Assembly (NCBI GenBank): GCA_947168555.1
Contig: CAMVMJ010000006.1
Location: 648-64,647, forward strand
Direction of reading: 5' to 3'
DNA: 64,000 nucleotides
From: an uncultured Prevotellaceae bacterium
Lineage (GTDB): Bacteria; Bacteroidota; Bacteroidia; Bacteroidales; Bacteroidaceae
The position numbers were made by a program, and so were the translations under genes. Each line of letters starts with the position of its first letter. The stretch's first letter is position 1. Under the pieces are notes generated by a model. The model ran no database searches and was not told where the DNA came from. It saw nothing but the letters and a program-made list of their open reading frames with translations. Below, in pieces: positions 31,697 through 45,271 of this stretch.

Positions 31697-32767
31697 TTAT
31701 TTGTTTTGATATCTGTCCTTGTGGAAAGTGCCCTCAAAGCGCTTCCCGTCTTTATCGATAAGCACGCCGTAGCCCTCCTTAAGGCCGGCCCTGTAGTATC
31801 CCTTGTACTTAGTGCCGTCGGTCTGGCGGAACATGCCCTCGCCATCCATCAGCCCTTCCTTCCATTCACCCTCGTAGGTATCGCCGTTGGCCCAGGTGTA
31901 TTTGCCGCGGCCCTGACGCTGGTTGGACTTCCAGCCGCCGGTGTAGGAGGCGCCGTTTTTCCAGGTGAATGTGCCCTGCCCTTCCTGACGGCCGTCGTTG
32001 AAGTGGCCGATGTATTTGTCGCCGTTGTGGTAAACGAAGATGCCTTCGCCGGTGCGCTTGCCGCCGTCATAGATGCCCTCATAGCGGTCGCCGTCGGCAA
32101 AGGTGTAGATGCCGCGTCCGTGCTGCTTGTCGTGCAGCCATTCGCCGGAATAGACGTCGCCCGAAGCGTATTTGAAGATGCCGCGCCCCGACTTCTCGCC
32201 GTCCTTCCAGGTGCCCTCGTAGCGATTGCCGTCGCCCCAGTCGAAGATACCCTTGCCCGAGCGCTTGTCGTCGTGCCAGGAGCCCTTGTACTGCGCACCT
32301 TTGGCGTAGTAGTAAGTGCCCAGGCCCTCGCGCTTGTCTGCCTCCCACTGACCTACATAGCGGTCGCCGTTGTGGTAGTACATCGTACCCTGGCCCTGCT
32401 GGTAGTCGCGGAACCAAAGACCTTCGTAGCGGTTGTTGTTCTTGAAATAATACGTGCCCTGACCGTGCTGCTGGTCCTGAAACCATTCGCCCTCGTAGCG
32501 CTCGCCGTCAGAGAACTGGTAAACGCCGCGACCCTGGCGCTTGCCCTTGACATACTCACCGGTGTAACGGTCGCCGTTGGGGAACGTCGTCGTGCCTTTG
32601 CCGTAAGGCTTGCCGCGAAACATCTCACCCTGATACTCGCTCCTGTCGGGGAACGTGTAAGTGCCTACAGTGATCTGCTGGGAATAAGACGGGAGAGAAA
32701 AGAAAACAATGAGGGCCGTCAGAGCACAACGCAAAAAGAAGCTGTATAGTGTATGACCTGCCGTCAT
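31697..32767 (-). CDS. exported MORN-repeat protein
   Basis: 356 aa with a hydrophobic leader, then about 13 tandem YxGxWxxGxxxGxG repeats (for example YEGEWFQDQQHGQGTYYF). Confidence 0.85.
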   Translation of the reverse strand: MTAGHTLYSFFLRCALTALIVFFSLPSYSQQITVGTYTFPDRSEYQGEMFRGKPYGKGTTTFPNGDRYTGEYVKGKRQGRGVYQFSDGERYEGEWFQDQQHGQGTYYFKNNNRYEGLWFRDYQQGQGTMYYHNGDRYVGQWEADKREGLGTYYYAKGAQYKGSWHDDKRSGKGIFDWGDGNRYEGTWKDGEKSGRGIFKYASGDVYSGEWLHDKQHGRGIYTFADGDRYEGIYDGGKRTGEGIFVYHNGDKYIGHFNDGRQEGQGTFTWKNGASYTGGWKSNQRQGRGKYTWANGDTYEGEWKEGLMDGEGMFRQTDGTKYKGYYRAGLKEGYGVLIDKDGKRFEGTFHKDRYQNK

Positions 32768-32828
32768 TAAATAATTCGTTTACTGCGCACAAAGGTACGA
32801 CAATTTCACGAATTACACAAATTTTTGC

Positions 32829-33584
32829 TTATTTTTTTAATTGTTTTAAGAATTCTTCGGCGCGAGCCAAATCTTCCGGGGTGTCAATGCCGATGGTTTC
32901 AACGTCGGAAACGCCTACTTTGATGACATAGCCGTTCTGCAGCCAGCGCAGCTGTTCGAGCGACTCTGCAAGCTCCAGTGAAGACTGTGGTAAACGGGTG
33001 ATTTCCAACAAGGTATCGCTGCGGTAGGCATAGAGCCCGATATGCTTGTAAAACGTGTGACGCGAGAGCCAGTCTTCCTGAGGCACACCGCGCAAATAAG
33101 GGATCACACTGCGGGAGAAATAAAGCGCATGCATCTCGTTGTCAACCACCACTTTGGGAGAATTCATATTGAAGAGGGCCGCACAGCCGTCAGCAGGCAC
33201 AAAAGGCTTCACGAGCGTGGCAATCTGAGTAGCCGAATCGTCGAAACAGGAGACCACCGTACGTATCTGGGAAGCCTGGATGAAAGGCTCGTCGCCCTGG
33301 ATGTTGACCACCACATCGTATGTCTGTCCCAAATTCTCATAAGCCTCTCTGATTCTGTCCGTTCCGCTGCGATGCGAGGTGGAGGTCATGCAGGCCTTGC
33401 CGCCGAAGGCTTCCACGGCTCGAAAGATGCGCTCGTCATCCGTGGCCACAAGGACGTCGTCCAGGACGCCGGACACCTGTTCATATACCCTCTGAATCAC
33501 GGGCTTGCCACCCAACACGGCCAGGGGTTTGGCCGGAAAACGCGTGCTCGCATAGCGGGCAGGAATAATGCCTATAGTCTTCAT
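32829..33584 (-). CDS. kdsB: 3-deoxy-manno-octulosonate cytidylyltransferase
   Basis: 251 aa. Motifs IIPARYASTRFPAKPL, VNIQGDEP, ESLEQLRWLQNG. Confidence 0.9.
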   Translation of the reverse strand: MKTIGIIPARYASTRFPAKPLAVLGGKPVIQRVYEQVSGVLDDVLVATDDERIFRAVEAFGGKACMTSTSHRSGTDRIREAYENLGQTYDVVVNIQGDEPFIQASQIRTVVSCFDDSATQIATLVKPFVPADGCAALFNMNSPKVVVDNEMHALYFSRSVIPYLRGVPQEDWLSRHTFYKHIGLYAYRSDTLLEITRLPQSSLELAESLEQLRWLQNGYVIKVGVSDVETIGIDTPEDLARAEEFLKQLKK

Positions 33585-33590
33585 ATTCAG

Positions 33591-35909
<2,319 letters not shown>

Positions 35910-36009
35910 GGAAAATGTACTCTGTCAATTCTCCCCGCAAAGTTACGACAAAATATCGAAATTGCAAAAAAAACAACCCTGTATAAGTGCACAACTCTCA
36001 ACTTTTTCG

Positions 36010-36017
36010 TACCTTTG
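36010..36017 (+). promoter_or_regulatory. Bacteroidota -7 promoter box (TACCTTTG) for pyrBI-glyA
   Basis: TACCTTTG lies 26 nt upstream of the pyrB ATG. Confidence 0.55.
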
Positions 36018-36043
36018 CACTCGCATCAAGAGAAACAACCACA

Positions 36044-36976
36044 ATGGAGAACAGAAGTTTGGTGACGATTGCCAACCATTCGCGCGAAAAAATCGAATAT
36101 CTCATCAAAATGGCCTCGGCCTTCGAACAGAATCCCAACAGACGACTGCTCGAAGGAAAGGTGGTGGCCACCCTCTTCTTTGAGCCTTCGACCAGAACCC
36201 GACTCTCCTTCGAGACCGCAGCCAACAGGCTCGGCGCCAGAGTGATCGGATTCGCCGACCCGAAGGTGACCAGTGGCACCAAGGGAGAGACGCTGAAGGA
36301 CACCATCATGATGGTCTCCAACTACGCAGACCTCATCGTGATGCGTCACTATCTAGAAGGCGCCGCACAATACGCCTCGGAGGTTGCCCCAGTGCCCATT
36401 GTGAACGCCGGCGACGGAGCCAACCAGCACCCCTCGCAGACGATGCTCGACCTCTACACCATCTATCAGACCCAAGGCCGTCTGGACGACCTGGACATCT
36501 ATCTGGTGGGCGACCTGAAATACGGACGCACCGTGCACTCCCTGCTGATGGCCATGCGCCACTTCAACCCCACATTCCACTTCATCGCCCCCGAAGAGCT
36601 GGCCATGCCCGCCGTCTACAAAAAATACTGCGATGACCACGGCATCCGCTACATCGAGCACTCGGACTTCAACGCCGAAACCATCAGCGGCGCCGACATC
36701 TTATATATGACGCGCGTGCAAAAGGAGCGCTTTGTGGATCTCGACGAATACGAACTCGTCAAAGACCGCTACCTGCTGAAACTGAACATGCTGACAAAGG
36801 CACGCGAGAACCTAAAAATCCTCCATCCGCTGCCGCGCGTGAACGAGATAGAATACTGCATCGACGACACGCCCTACGCCTACTATTTCCAGCAGGCCCG
36901 CAACGGACTCTACGCCAGAGAGGCGCTCATCTGCGACGCACTCGGCATCACCCTGGATGACGTCATGAAAGCCTGA
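36044..36976 (+). CDS. pyrB: aspartate carbamoyltransferase catalytic subunit
   Basis: Start at [13 protein letters not shown]. Motifs STRTR, HPSQ, HPLPR. Confidence 0.92.
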   Translation: MENRSLVTIANHSREKIEYLIKMASAFEQNPNRRLLEGKVVATLFFEPSTRTRLSFETAANRLGARVIGFADPKVTSGTKGETLKDTIMMVSNYADLIVMRHYLEGAAQYASEVAPVPIVNAGDGANQHPSQTMLDLYTIYQTQGRLDDLDIYLVGDLKYGRTVHSLLMAMRHFNPTFHFIAPEELAMPAVYKKYCDDHGIRYIEHSDFNAETISGADILYMTRVQKERFVDLDEYELVKDRYLLKLNMLTKARENLKILHPLPRVNEIEYCIDDTPYAYYFQQARNGLYAREALICDALGITLDDVMKA

Positions 36977-36990
36977 AACACCATTGCACA

Positions 36991-37461
36991 ATGAAAAGAA
37001 AAGAACTACTCGTTGCAGCCATTGAAAACGGAACGGTGATCGACCACATTCCGAGTGACAAGCTTTTCGACGTTGTCAGCCTGCTCCATCTGGAACGCAT
37101 GAAGACCGCCGTCACCGTCGGCTTCAACCTCAAGAGCAAAGTCACGGACCAGGGACACAAGAGCATCATCAAGATTGCCGACAAATTCTTCACCGACGAG
37201 GAGCTGAACCAACTCTCTGTGGTAGCGCCCAACGTCACACTTTGCCTCATCCGCGACTACGAAGTGGTGGAAAAGCGTCAGGTGGAAATGCCGGACATGC
37301 TGGAGGGCATCGTCCGCTGCCCGAACGCCAAATGCATCACCAACAATGAGCCCATGCGCACACGCTTCCGTGTGGCCAACCGTGAGATGGGCATCCTGCA
37401 GTGCTGCTACTGCGACAAAGACCTCCCCCTTTCGGAAGTAAAAATCGTTGAACAACAATAA
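36991..37461 (+). CDS. pyrI: aspartate carbamoyltransferase regulatory subunit
   Basis: 156 aa. Begins [12 protein letters not shown]. The C-terminal zinc domain has CPNAKC...CCYCD. Confidence 0.9.
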   Translation: MKRKELLVAAIENGTVIDHIPSDKLFDVVSLLHLERMKTAVTVGFNLKSKVTDQGHKSIIKIADKFFTDEELNQLSVVAPNVTLCLIRDYEVVEKRQVEMPDMLEGIVRCPNAKCITNNEPMRTRFRVANREMGILQCCYCDKDLPLSEVKIVEQQ

Positions 37462-37470
37462 TAAACGTTT

Positions 37471-38751
37471 ATGGAAAGAGATTCTGTTGTATTTGACCTC
37501 ATCAAAAAGGAAAATGAGCGTCAACTCCGTGGCATCGAACTGATCGCATCGGAAAACTTTGTCAGCGACGAAGTGATGCAGGCCATGGGATCGTGCCTCA
37601 CCAACAAATACGCCGAGGGATATCCCGGCAAGCGCTACTACGGCGGTTGTCAGGTGGTGGACGAAGTGGAAAGCCTGGCCATCGAGCGCATCTGCAAACT
37701 GTTCGGTGCAGAATATGCCAACGTGCAGCCCCACTCAGGCGCACAGGCCAATGCCGCAGTATTTCTGGCATGCCTCAATCCCGGCGACACCTTCATGGGC
37801 CTCAACCTGGATCACGGAGGGCATCTCTCACACGGCTCTCTGGTGAACACCTCCGGCATCATCTACAAGCCCGTCGGCTACAACCTCAACAAGGAGACCG
37901 GCCGCGTGGACTATGACGAAATGGAGCGACTGGCTCAGGAATACAAGCCCAAACTGATCATCGGCGGCGGCTCCGCCTACAGCCGCGAGTGGGACTACAA
38001 GCGCATGCGTCAGATTGCCGACAGCGTCGGTGCACTCCTCATGATCGACATGGCTCATCCCGCCGGTCTGATTGCCGCCGGACTGCTGGACAACCCCGTC
38101 AAGTATGCTCACATCGTGACCTCCACCACCCACAAGACGCTGCGCGGTCCCCGCGGCGGCATCATCCTGATGGGCAAGGACTTCGAGAACCCCTGGGGCA
38201 AGACCACACCCAAGGGCGAAATCAAAATGATGTCGGCCCTGCTCAACAGCGCCGTATTCCCCGGCATTCAGGGTGGCCCGCTGGAGCACGTCATTGCCGC
38301 CAAGGCCGTGGCCTTCGGCGAATGCCTGAAGCCCGAGTGGAAAGAATACGCCCTTCAGGTGAAGAAGAACGCTGCCTGTCTGGCCGATGAGCTCATCAAG
38401 CGCGGCTTCAATATCGTGTCCGGCGGCACGGACAATCACTCCATGCTGGTGGATCTGCGCTCCAAGTATCCCGATCTGACGGGTAAGGTGGCAGAGAAGG
38501 CTCTGGTTGCTGCCGACATCACAGCCAACAAGAATATGGTACCCTTCGACTCACGCAGTGCCTTCCAGACCAGCGGCATCCGTCTGGGCACTCCCGCCAT
38601 CACCACCCGCGGCGCGAAGGAAGACCTGATGGTGCAGATAGCCGCCTTCATCGAGCGCGTGCTCAATGATCCCGAGAACGAGCAGAACATCGCCGCCGTA
38701 CGCAGCGAGGTGAACACCATCATGGCCGGTTATCCTCTATTTGCCTGGTAA
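37471..38751 (+). CDS. glyA: serine hydroxymethyltransferase
   Basis: 426 aa. Motifs [31 protein letters not shown]. Confidence 0.95.
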   Translation: MERDSVVFDLIKKENERQLRGIELIASENFVSDEVMQAMGSCLTNKYAEGYPGKRYYGGCQVVDEVESLAIERICKLFGAEYANVQPHSGAQANAAVFLACLNPGDTFMGLNLDHGGHLSHGSLVNTSGIIYKPVGYNLNKETGRVDYDEMERLAQEYKPKLIIGGGSAYSREWDYKRMRQIADSVGALLMIDMAHPAGLIAAGLLDNPVKYAHIVTSTTHKTLRGPRGGIILMGKDFENPWGKTTPKGEIKMMSALLNSAVFPGIQGGPLEHVIAAKAVAFGECLKPEWKEYALQVKKNAACLADELIKRGFNIVSGGTDNHSMLVDLRSKYPDLTGKVAEKALVAADITANKNMVPFDSRSAFQTSGIRLGTPAITTRGAKEDLMVQIAAFIERVLNDPENEQNIAAVRSEVNTIMAGYPLFAW

Positions 38752-40176
38752 GCGAAGTTTCCCTCCTTCGATATACCATCCCCTCGGGCGTTGTCCTGAG
38801 GGGATTTTTCGTCCCAGAAGGTCGTAACGCTCCGTTCCCTCTTCAAACGAGATTTCAGGAAGCTCGCCGACACCGGTGCCCTCCTTCTTCACTTCGAAAG
38901 AAAAATACTGACCCGTGGACTTCACACCGTCAATGGCCAGAGGAAGCACTTCGGGCGGCGTGTTGAAAAGCGGCAGACTCACCCAGTCCGCAGACTCCAC
39001 CAGACTCATGCGGGGATGATTGGGATCGACATTAACATGCTTCTTGGCCCAATCCTCCATATTATAATCCACGTGCGTCACGGTGAAACACGATGCCGGC
39101 AGATACCGGTCCCATGAAATCTTCTGGCGATTCTCCAGGACAAAACACTCGTTGCGGTCGCTCTCATTATAGAGCACATAGACTTCGGAAGAAGATATTG
39201 TCGGCATCATGGCAGCCACCTTGCAGGGCGATGAAATCTCAACGGGATCCACCCATCCTAGCAGCAGTTTGTGATAGGCCGATAAAGAGCCCGGCGTGTG
39301 GCATTCGTTCATATAGTTGCCAGTATCCATGAGGTCATAGTCCTCCAACGGTTTGCCGACATTCATTTTTTGAGCATAAGTGTCGGGGACGCCGAGGGCA
39401 TGCATGAATTCGTGACAGGCCACTCCGACGCCGTCAATCTTCGTCCCCGTACTGCCGTGCAACTCACAACTGCAGGCATAGGTATCAAAGACGGTGCCGC
39501 CGACAGATTTAGGCCCCACGCCGTCGTTGTAATACTCTTTCTGAAGAGTAAACGTGAACATGTGGGGCCACATCAGCGAGGGCCTGGCCCGGAGATAGTT
39601 CTCTCCTCTCCCGGCGTATTGGGCAAAGACGATGTTGGCAATGCCGTCACCGTCCCAATCATAACGGCTGAAATCCCGTTCAGGCTCTTCGGCATAGAGC
39701 ATGTCGAGCGCCTCCTGAATCATCTCCGCCGGATGAAAATCGCTGCCGTCCGGAACATTCTGACCGTAATAGGCATACGAGCGCGACAGCTTAAAGGGAC
39801 CGCAGACGTCGAAATTCACGTCGAAGCGCTCATAGCTCTGCGTCCAATAATAATCGCGCACACTGCCCTCGTTACCGTCAACGTTAAAGCCCTCTTCGTT
39901 GAAGAACGCATCATAATAGGTCTGCGGATCGTCCATCGTGAAGGCGACGTCGGAGAACTCTATCAGAAGCACCAGCCCGTGTTTCGTCTCAGGGACGTCA
40001 GAGAGTTGTCCGGCCAGACCACGGGCATTGGCGCACGAAACGGATTTCTGTATCGGAGGCAGAGGAGCCCGACAGCGAATTCTCTCCTGCGCCGCAGCAG
40101 AGAGACTCAGCAGCCAGACGGCTAACAGAAAAGGTATTTTACCGGACAAAAACCTTTTCTGTGCTGCCATCGGCAT
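38737..40176 (-). CDS. secreted M6-like (immune inhibitor A-type) metalloprotease with T9SS-type C-terminal tail
   Basis: 479 aa with a signal peptide. Zinc motif [11 protein letters not shown]. The C-terminal segment [26 protein letters not shown] resembles a Por/T9SS sorting domain. Confidence 0.75.
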   Translation of the reverse strand: MPMAAQKRFLSGKIPFLLAVWLLSLSAAAQERIRCRAPLPPIQKSVSCANARGLAGQLSDVPETKHGLVLLIEFSDVAFTMDDPQTYYDAFFNEEGFNVDGNEGSVRDYYWTQSYERFDVNFDVCGPFKLSRSYAYYGQNVPDGSDFHPAEMIQEALDMLYAEEPERDFSRYDWDGDGIANIVFAQYAGRGENYLRARPSLMWPHMFTFTLQKEYYNDGVGPKSVGGTVFDTYACSCELHGSTGTKIDGVGVACHEFMHALGVPDTYAQKMNVGKPLEDYDLMDTGNYMNECHTPGSLSAYHKLLLGWVDPVEISSPCKVAAMMPTISSSEVYVLYNESDRNECFVLENRQKISWDRYLPASCFTVTHVDYNMEDWAKKHVNVDPNHPRMSLVESADWVSLPLFNTPPEVLPLAIDGVKSTGQYFSFEVKKEGTGVGELPEISFEEGTERYDLLGRKIPSGQRPRGWYIEGGKLRLPGK

Positions 40177-42046
40177 ATCTCACAATGACAATCCCTCCAC
40201 GGCCTCTCACATAGCGGGCAATCTGACTGCGCATGCAACGGCCCATTTGAATACCCGTGAGGGAATAGACATCAACAGTCTGTTCGCTCCCAGGCGTGCG
40301 CAAAGTAGCCACATCGGTGGGTGTGCTGATCGTCTGCCATTCGGAGAAGGAACTGTTGCGCCACTCGTCGTTCATGGCCTTGACACGATAGCGCACATTA
40401 GTGTTGGCAGCAAGAGAGCTCAACTCGTAAGAAGTATTCTCCAGGCTGTCGACCGTCACCGCCTCGAGCTCGTCCACCTGATATTCCAAGCGGTAAAGAT
40501 CGGCATTCTCAGGAACATTCCAGGTCAGCGTAACACGATGGAGATCCGCAGTGGAGCTGAACACGGAAGGAGCGTCGAGCGTGCCGCGCGGCATGTATTT
40601 CAGATGAATATGATTTTCTTCATCCATTTCGATGTCGTAGAGGGGCTGGCCAAGAACGTCGCCCGTGAACACCACTGAAGCCGGCACACTCGTGTCGGTC
40701 AACTCCGTATTGCCGGATGTGCCGGGATAAACGTGTCCGCGAATCTCGTCACGATAGACATTCCAACCCTGTTGCTTGACAATGTCGTCGATTAGCTGAA
40801 ACAGGTTGTTGGCAGGCGCAATGGTCATGCGCTGCTTGTTGACGTCGTTGTTGACGGTGTTGTTGTCCCAGGTGTTGTCCAAAGTCTGGTGGTAGACAAT
40901 GAGCCCCATGTGACTGTTCATCCAGGAGGCAGAATTGAGCAGATAGTAGTCGCAGTCCTTGTTGTTGGTGTTGCGGCACTCGAGCACATAACACTCGTTG
41001 GGATTGGCGGCATTGACCAGCTTATAGCCTACACCGCCTTCACCCAATGCCGTGAGGTGCAGCGTACGAGGCTGCAGAGGATCGAGCACTTCGAGGGCAC
41101 GCCATCCCATGTAGTCGCGCTCCACCGTATTGAGGTTGGTAGGGCAATAGCCATTGTTCAGGTTTTCGCCGTAGTCCATCAGGCTCCACACATCCATACC
41201 GGGAGCTGTTTTCTGGGTCTTTGTGTCATAAAAATCCGGGAGCCCCAGAGCATGGCAGAACTCGTGACAGGGAACACCGATGGTGGGACGGACGTAGGCG
41301 TGAGGCTTGCCGTCTTCAAAGTACTGGTTGGGAATGTTCACCTTGCAGGCGAACGTCACCTTGGTGTTGTCGCTGCGCGTCACGGTGGTGGCTGTGGAGT
41401 TCTCCCAGGCCCAAAGTGCATCGGCCACTCCCGTCAGATTGCGGGAAGAGCCGGCAAAGACCACCAGCGCCATATCGACGATGCCGTCGCCGTTGCTGTC
41501 AAACTGACTCACATCGTCGATCTGCTCCGCCATCAGCTTAAGCACCTCAGGCGTGAAATGGGACGAGCGGCGCGACACGTAATAAGCACGTTCGTTGGTA
41601 AGTGTGACTGGATCGAGCAGCACAAATTCCGGCACGAACTGCCCGTCGCTCTGTTGCTTGAAGTAATCCTTCATGGACGCCAGATAGAAGCCGTTGATGA
41701 CAAAGGGCGTGCCGTCGGCATTGCCGTTGAAGAAGGGGTTGATGTTTTCCTTCCACCGGCCGAAGTCCTCCGTGTCGTAAAACAGGCTGTCCTTCACGTC
41801 GGTGAATTGGGCCAGGACGACCGGAATACGCGGCGTGCCGAAGGCTCTCATCGGAGCGTCGGACTGACGCTTGGTGCGATGCTGCAAGACGAACACATCC
41901 TCCGCCTCGTCAAGGAAACAGTCGGGCCGCCCTATCAATCGGGGCATCTCGTCTTCAAAAGACTGGGCGTTCAAAGGCATCGTTGTTGCGACTGCCATCA
42001 GGGCTGCCGCCAAGAATCTCGCACCGTAAGATTTCAATATTATCAT
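40139..42046 (-). CDS. secreted M6-like metalloprotease with FN3-like region and T9SS-type C-terminal tail
   Basis: 635 aa with a signal peptide. Zinc motif HEFCHALGLPDFYD. C-terminal VDVYSLTGIQMG...[17 protein letters not shown]. Confidence 0.75.
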   Translation of the reverse strand: MIILKSYGARFLAAALMAVATTMPLNAQSFEDEMPRLIGRPDCFLDEAEDVFVLQHRTKRQSDAPMRAFGTPRIPVVLAQFTDVKDSLFYDTEDFGRWKENINPFFNGNADGTPFVINGFYLASMKDYFKQQSDGQFVPEFVLLDPVTLTNERAYYVSRRSSHFTPEVLKLMAEQIDDVSQFDSNGDGIVDMALVVFAGSSRNLTGVADALWAWENSTATTVTRSDNTKVTFACKVNIPNQYFEDGKPHAYVRPTIGVPCHEFCHALGLPDFYDTKTQKTAPGMDVWSLMDYGENLNNGYCPTNLNTVERDYMGWRALEVLDPLQPRTLHLTALGEGGVGYKLVNAANPNECYVLECRNTNNKDCDYYLLNSASWMNSHMGLIVYHQTLDNTWDNNTVNNDVNKQRMTIAPANNLFQLIDDIVKQQGWNVYRDEIRGHVYPGTSGNTELTDTSVPASVVFTGDVLGQPLYDIEMDEENHIHLKYMPRGTLDAPSVFSSTADLHRVTLTWNVPENADLYRLEYQVDELEAVTVDSLENTSYELSSLAANTNVRYRVKAMNDEWRNSSFSEWQTISTPTDVATLRTPGSEQTVDVYSLTGIQMGRCMRSQIARYVRGRGGIVIVRYADGSTEKVFVR

Positions 42047-42050
42047 TCGC

Positions 42051-44993
42051 TTACTTAATATATGCTTTACCGTTGATGATATAGAAGCCCTTCTCGGGTA
42101 CAGCCTTCAGACGGCGGCCGTTGATGTCGTAGATTGCAGCATCGCCGGCATTCTTCTTGCCGTCGGCCTTGAGCTCGGATACGGCCAACGGGACGGCATT
42201 GACGTAAGCCTCGGTGGCTGCCGTGATGGCGTTGTAGAGCGCACTGATATCGGCATAGGCAGCGGGCATGGCCGTCATCTGCTGCTCGGCCGTAGCGATA
42301 GCCTCCTCGAAAGTGGCAATATCGGCCGCGCTGCGCTCCTCACGATAGAGTTCCAACGTCTCACGGGCGGCAACGATAGCCTGCACGAAACTGTGCATCT
42401 TGCTGTCCACACGGACTGCGCCGGCCATATTGGCCAGAGTGCAAGCCACAGTCCTGTAGGCCGTGAGGGCCTTCACCTCAGTTCCGGCCTCGGGGAACGA
42501 CATCGCGGTGCCGGTGGTAATGGCCTGCGAAGTGCCGTCGGCGGGGAAGTTGACAAAGGTGCCGATAAAGTTCATGTAGCCGGTGGAGGCAGGCATGTCG
42601 GCCAGACTCTTCACGGCAACGTTCTCCGCCGTAAAGTCAATGTCGTCCAGCGTGAGATATACGTAGGGCGTGCCGGCGTAGAATGTGGGGCAGCAAGACT
42701 CCGTCGACGAGGTGGGGCCGGTGAAACGACGGGCCAGAACACCCGTGGGCACAGGCATCTCGAAGGGCAGAACGAGCGTGTTCCAATAGTAGGAATCATT
42801 CGTGCAAAGCACACTCTCTCCCACTACGGTGGCCTTCGTGGCCGTGAACGAAGCGGCGGGATCGAAGTTGTGACCCACCTGCAGCACGAGCTCCTTGCAC
42901 AGGCCGTCAACGACCACATTGCGGCCGCTCATCTGGGCCTCGGAGGCAGCATAGAAAATCACATTGGGATTGGCCGGAGCAGGAACATCGGCAGGGAAAC
43001 CTCCGGTGTAGCTCCGTACGTCGACGCTGCCGATCTCCTCGTTGGCCATAAGCATTCGGTAGGCATAGGGACTGAAGCCCGTGCCGGTAACGGTGGCGTG
43101 ACGACCTTCAATATCAATGTTCATATCGCTGCCTACGAGACGGAAGAAAGCGACGGTGTCTGCCGAGGTTTCGTAGAGCAGTTTGGTGGATGCGGGGTTG
43201 TTGCCGTTATAAATCACGGGCGCGAGCGAGGCCTTGTAGAGCACGTCTTTCTCCAAACCGGCAAAGTCAAAACCGATGAGCTTCTCCTCGTTGGCGGCGA
43301 AGAGGCCGTTGTCGGACGAGATGTTTTTCACCTTCGTCACGCTGCCGTCGGCCTCCACACGATAGATGATGGCTTCGGCAGAAGGCAGGCAGACGGTAGG
43401 ACGCTGACGCAGGGTGCCGGTGTTGGTCAGGCGGGCGTCCACATGCACCTCGTTGTTGTTGCCCACACGATAGACGGTGCGTGTGACTACCTCTCCGCCG
43501 TAGTTGAAGCTTTCGCTCGAAGCCACGCCGTCACCGATCTGCATTTGATTCAGCGTGAGATTGCACCTGGTGAGACTGACCGGCTTGCCCTTCTTCGTAC
43601 AATAGAGCACGCTGAGATTCTCGTCGGTGATGAGGAAATAGATGCCGCCGGCCGTGTTGTATGTGGTGGGTTGATAGACGGCCGTTGTCTCCCACGTAGC
43701 GCCGTTGCTCAGAGATCCGGGATGCGAGACAATGGCATCGGCCAGGGTATAGTGATCAGGAAGTGAGGCGGTGGCGCTGGCAAAAAGATAGGCACCCTTG
43801 AGGGCCATAGAGCTGCCGTTGTACACCTTCACGTTGAGGTGGTTGGGCAGATACTGATAGAAGGTCTCCTCCACAGGCGTCACCTCCAGCGTGCGGTCCA
43901 TATTGGGCGAATAGATGCCGTAGACAACACGTTCATGGTAGCCGTAACCGTTCACGCTGCCGTCGATGAGCTGATAGTAGCCGTCGCCCGATCCGCCCCA
44001 GCCGAAGTTGAAGTGGAAGGAGTTGTCGGAGGTCCTGTAGCCGTCCATCACGATGGCGTGTCCGGCATTGTATGCTGCATCGTAACCGGCATAAAGGATG
44101 GGATGACCGAGGGCCAGATCGTTGGCACAGATGGTTTCAAAACCGGATTGAGACATACGGTCTTTCTCTATCTCCGTGCCGCCAATCAGGCCAATTTGAT
44201 TCTTGAACACAGCGATTTCATTTCCAATGTGACCACCGGTGCTGGCGCCGTAGGCCAACTCGGCGTCAAAACCCATCACAGCACAAAGCACGGCAACGGC
44301 ATCGCGTTGTGCTGCCGTAGTAGTACCGCTGTGAGGAGAATCAAGCATCAGCTCCCACATGAACTTGGTGCCTTTGGGGATCACATCGCTCTGAGTCACA
44401 GGGGCATCAGGGCTCCAATAGCCGTATTTCGTCGAGGATTGCGTCTCGGCGTTCACGCCTTCGTTACGCCAGTAGTAGGCAATCTGAGCGGCCGCTGTAG
44501 CCACACAGCCCGTCACGGCTCTGCCGCCGCCGTCGGCCCTCTGGGGGCAACGGTTGTTGTAGGGCGCGCTCTGGTGCCAGTGCGACTTGATCATCGGGGA
44601 GATATTCTTGGGATAAACCGAAGCACGGGCCTGACGGGCCGGAGCGCCGCCGTTGCGCTGCACGCTGTCCACATAGTGCTCGTACATCTTCACCCACTGG
44701 AGCAAGAGAGGAGGCATGTCGTCCTCGTTCCAGTCGCCCGAATCGGCCACACCGAGCACGAGCGGCAGCGAATTGTCGCCCGAGACGATGACAAAACCCT
44801 CTCCCGCCCCGCGTGAGAAGATATAGACGGGCTGTTCGGCGCTGCCGGCACGAGCCTGACGCTGCAGCGTGGCATCGGCGCTCTTCATATAGGGCAAAGC
44901 GGCCTGCAGAGCTTCCGTTGGGGAAATCTTCTCCGCCAGCGACACGAGCGTCGCCAGGAGTACAAGACAAAAGAGAGTAAATGTTCTTTTCAT
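42051..44993 (-). CDS. peptidase C10 (streptopain/interpain-like) cysteine protease with long C-terminal extension and T9SS tail
   Basis: 980 aa. Spi-type propeptide (YIFSRGAGEGFVIVSGDNSLPLVLG). Catalytic Cys in WHQSAPYNNRCP...TGCVATAAAQIAYYW and His in GHAIVMDGY. C-terminal IYDINGRRLKAVPEKGFYIINGKAYIK. Confidence 0.85.
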   Translation of the reverse strand: MKRTFTLFCLVLLATLVSLAEKISPTEALQAALPYMKSADATLQRQARAGSAEQPVYIFSRGAGEGFVIVSGDNSLPLVLGVADSGDWNEDDMPPLLLQWVKMYEHYVDSVQRNGGAPARQARASVYPKNISPMIKSHWHQSAPYNNRCPQRADGGGRAVTGCVATAAAQIAYYWRNEGVNAETQSSTKYGYWSPDAPVTQSDVIPKGTKFMWELMLDSPHSGTTTAAQRDAVAVLCAVMGFDAELAYGASTGGHIGNEIAVFKNQIGLIGGTEIEKDRMSQSGFETICANDLALGHPILYAGYDAAYNAGHAIVMDGYRTSDNSFHFNFGWGGSGDGYYQLIDGSVNGYGYHERVVYGIYSPNMDRTLEVTPVEETFYQYLPNHLNVKVYNGSSMALKGAYLFASATASLPDHYTLADAIVSHPGSLSNGATWETTAVYQPTTYNTAGGIYFLITDENLSVLYCTKKGKPVSLTRCNLTLNQMQIGDGVASSESFNYGGEVVTRTVYRVGNNNEVHVDARLTNTGTLRQRPTVCLPSAEAIIYRVEADGSVTKVKNISSDNGLFAANEEKLIGFDFAGLEKDVLYKASLAPVIYNGNNPASTKLLYETSADTVAFFRLVGSDMNIDIEGRHATVTGTGFSPYAYRMLMANEEIGSVDVRSYTGGFPADVPAPANPNVIFYAASEAQMSGRNVVVDGLCKELVLQVGHNFDPAASFTATKATVVGESVLCTNDSYYWNTLVLPFEMPVPTGVLARRFTGPTSSTESCCPTFYAGTPYVYLTLDDIDFTAENVAVKSLADMPASTGYMNFIGTFVNFPADGTSQAITTGTAMSFPEAGTEVKALTAYRTVACTLANMAGAVRVDSKMHSFVQAIVAARETLELYREERSAADIATFEEAIATAEQQMTAMPAAYADISALYNAITAATEAYVNAVPLAVSELKADGKKNAGDAAIYDINGRRLKAVPEKGFYIINGKAYIK

Positions 44994-45027
44994 GATATCA
45001 ATTCATTATTTATATATACATCGGGGA

Positions 45028-45035
45028 CAAAGATA
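45028..45035 (-). promoter_or_regulatory. Bacteroidota -7 promoter box (TATCTTTG) for the protease operon
   Basis: The reverse complement of caaagata lies about 35 nt upstream of the ATG at 44993. Confidence 0.5.
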
Positions 45036-45075
45036 CAACTTTTTGTCCACAAAACTAAATTTTCTGCTCCAAAAA

Positions 45076-45107
45076 TTTGGTTAAATCAAAGAATTGTCAT
45101 ACCTTTG
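45076..45107 (+). promoter_or_regulatory. canonical Bacteroidota promoter TTTG-N20-TACCTTTG for tRNA-Ala
   Basis: TTTG at 45076-45079 and TACCTTTG at 45100-45107, with a 20-nt spacer. Confidence 0.65.
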
Positions 45108-45160
45108 CAGCGCATTTCGGATAAAGCAGGCGGCTTTTACTTAAGGAATGCAGGAAATTA

Positions 45161-45236
<76 letters not shown>

Positions 45237-45240
45237 CAAA

Positions 45241-45271
45241 AAACTTCGGATTTCGGTTCGAAGTTTTTTTT
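45241..45271 (+). terminator. intrinsic terminator after tRNA-Ala
   Basis: AAACTTCG / CGAAGTTT 8-bp stem, 10-nt loop, followed by a T-run. Confidence 0.75.

Noticed and set aside
38737-38751. Convergent 3'-end overlaps (glyA with the M6 protease here, and DPP3 with the AlkD-like gene at 51859-51886) as possible antisense regulation.
   Set aside because: Short convergent overlaps are common in compact genomes. I saw no extra promoter or structure that would point to a specific mechanism.
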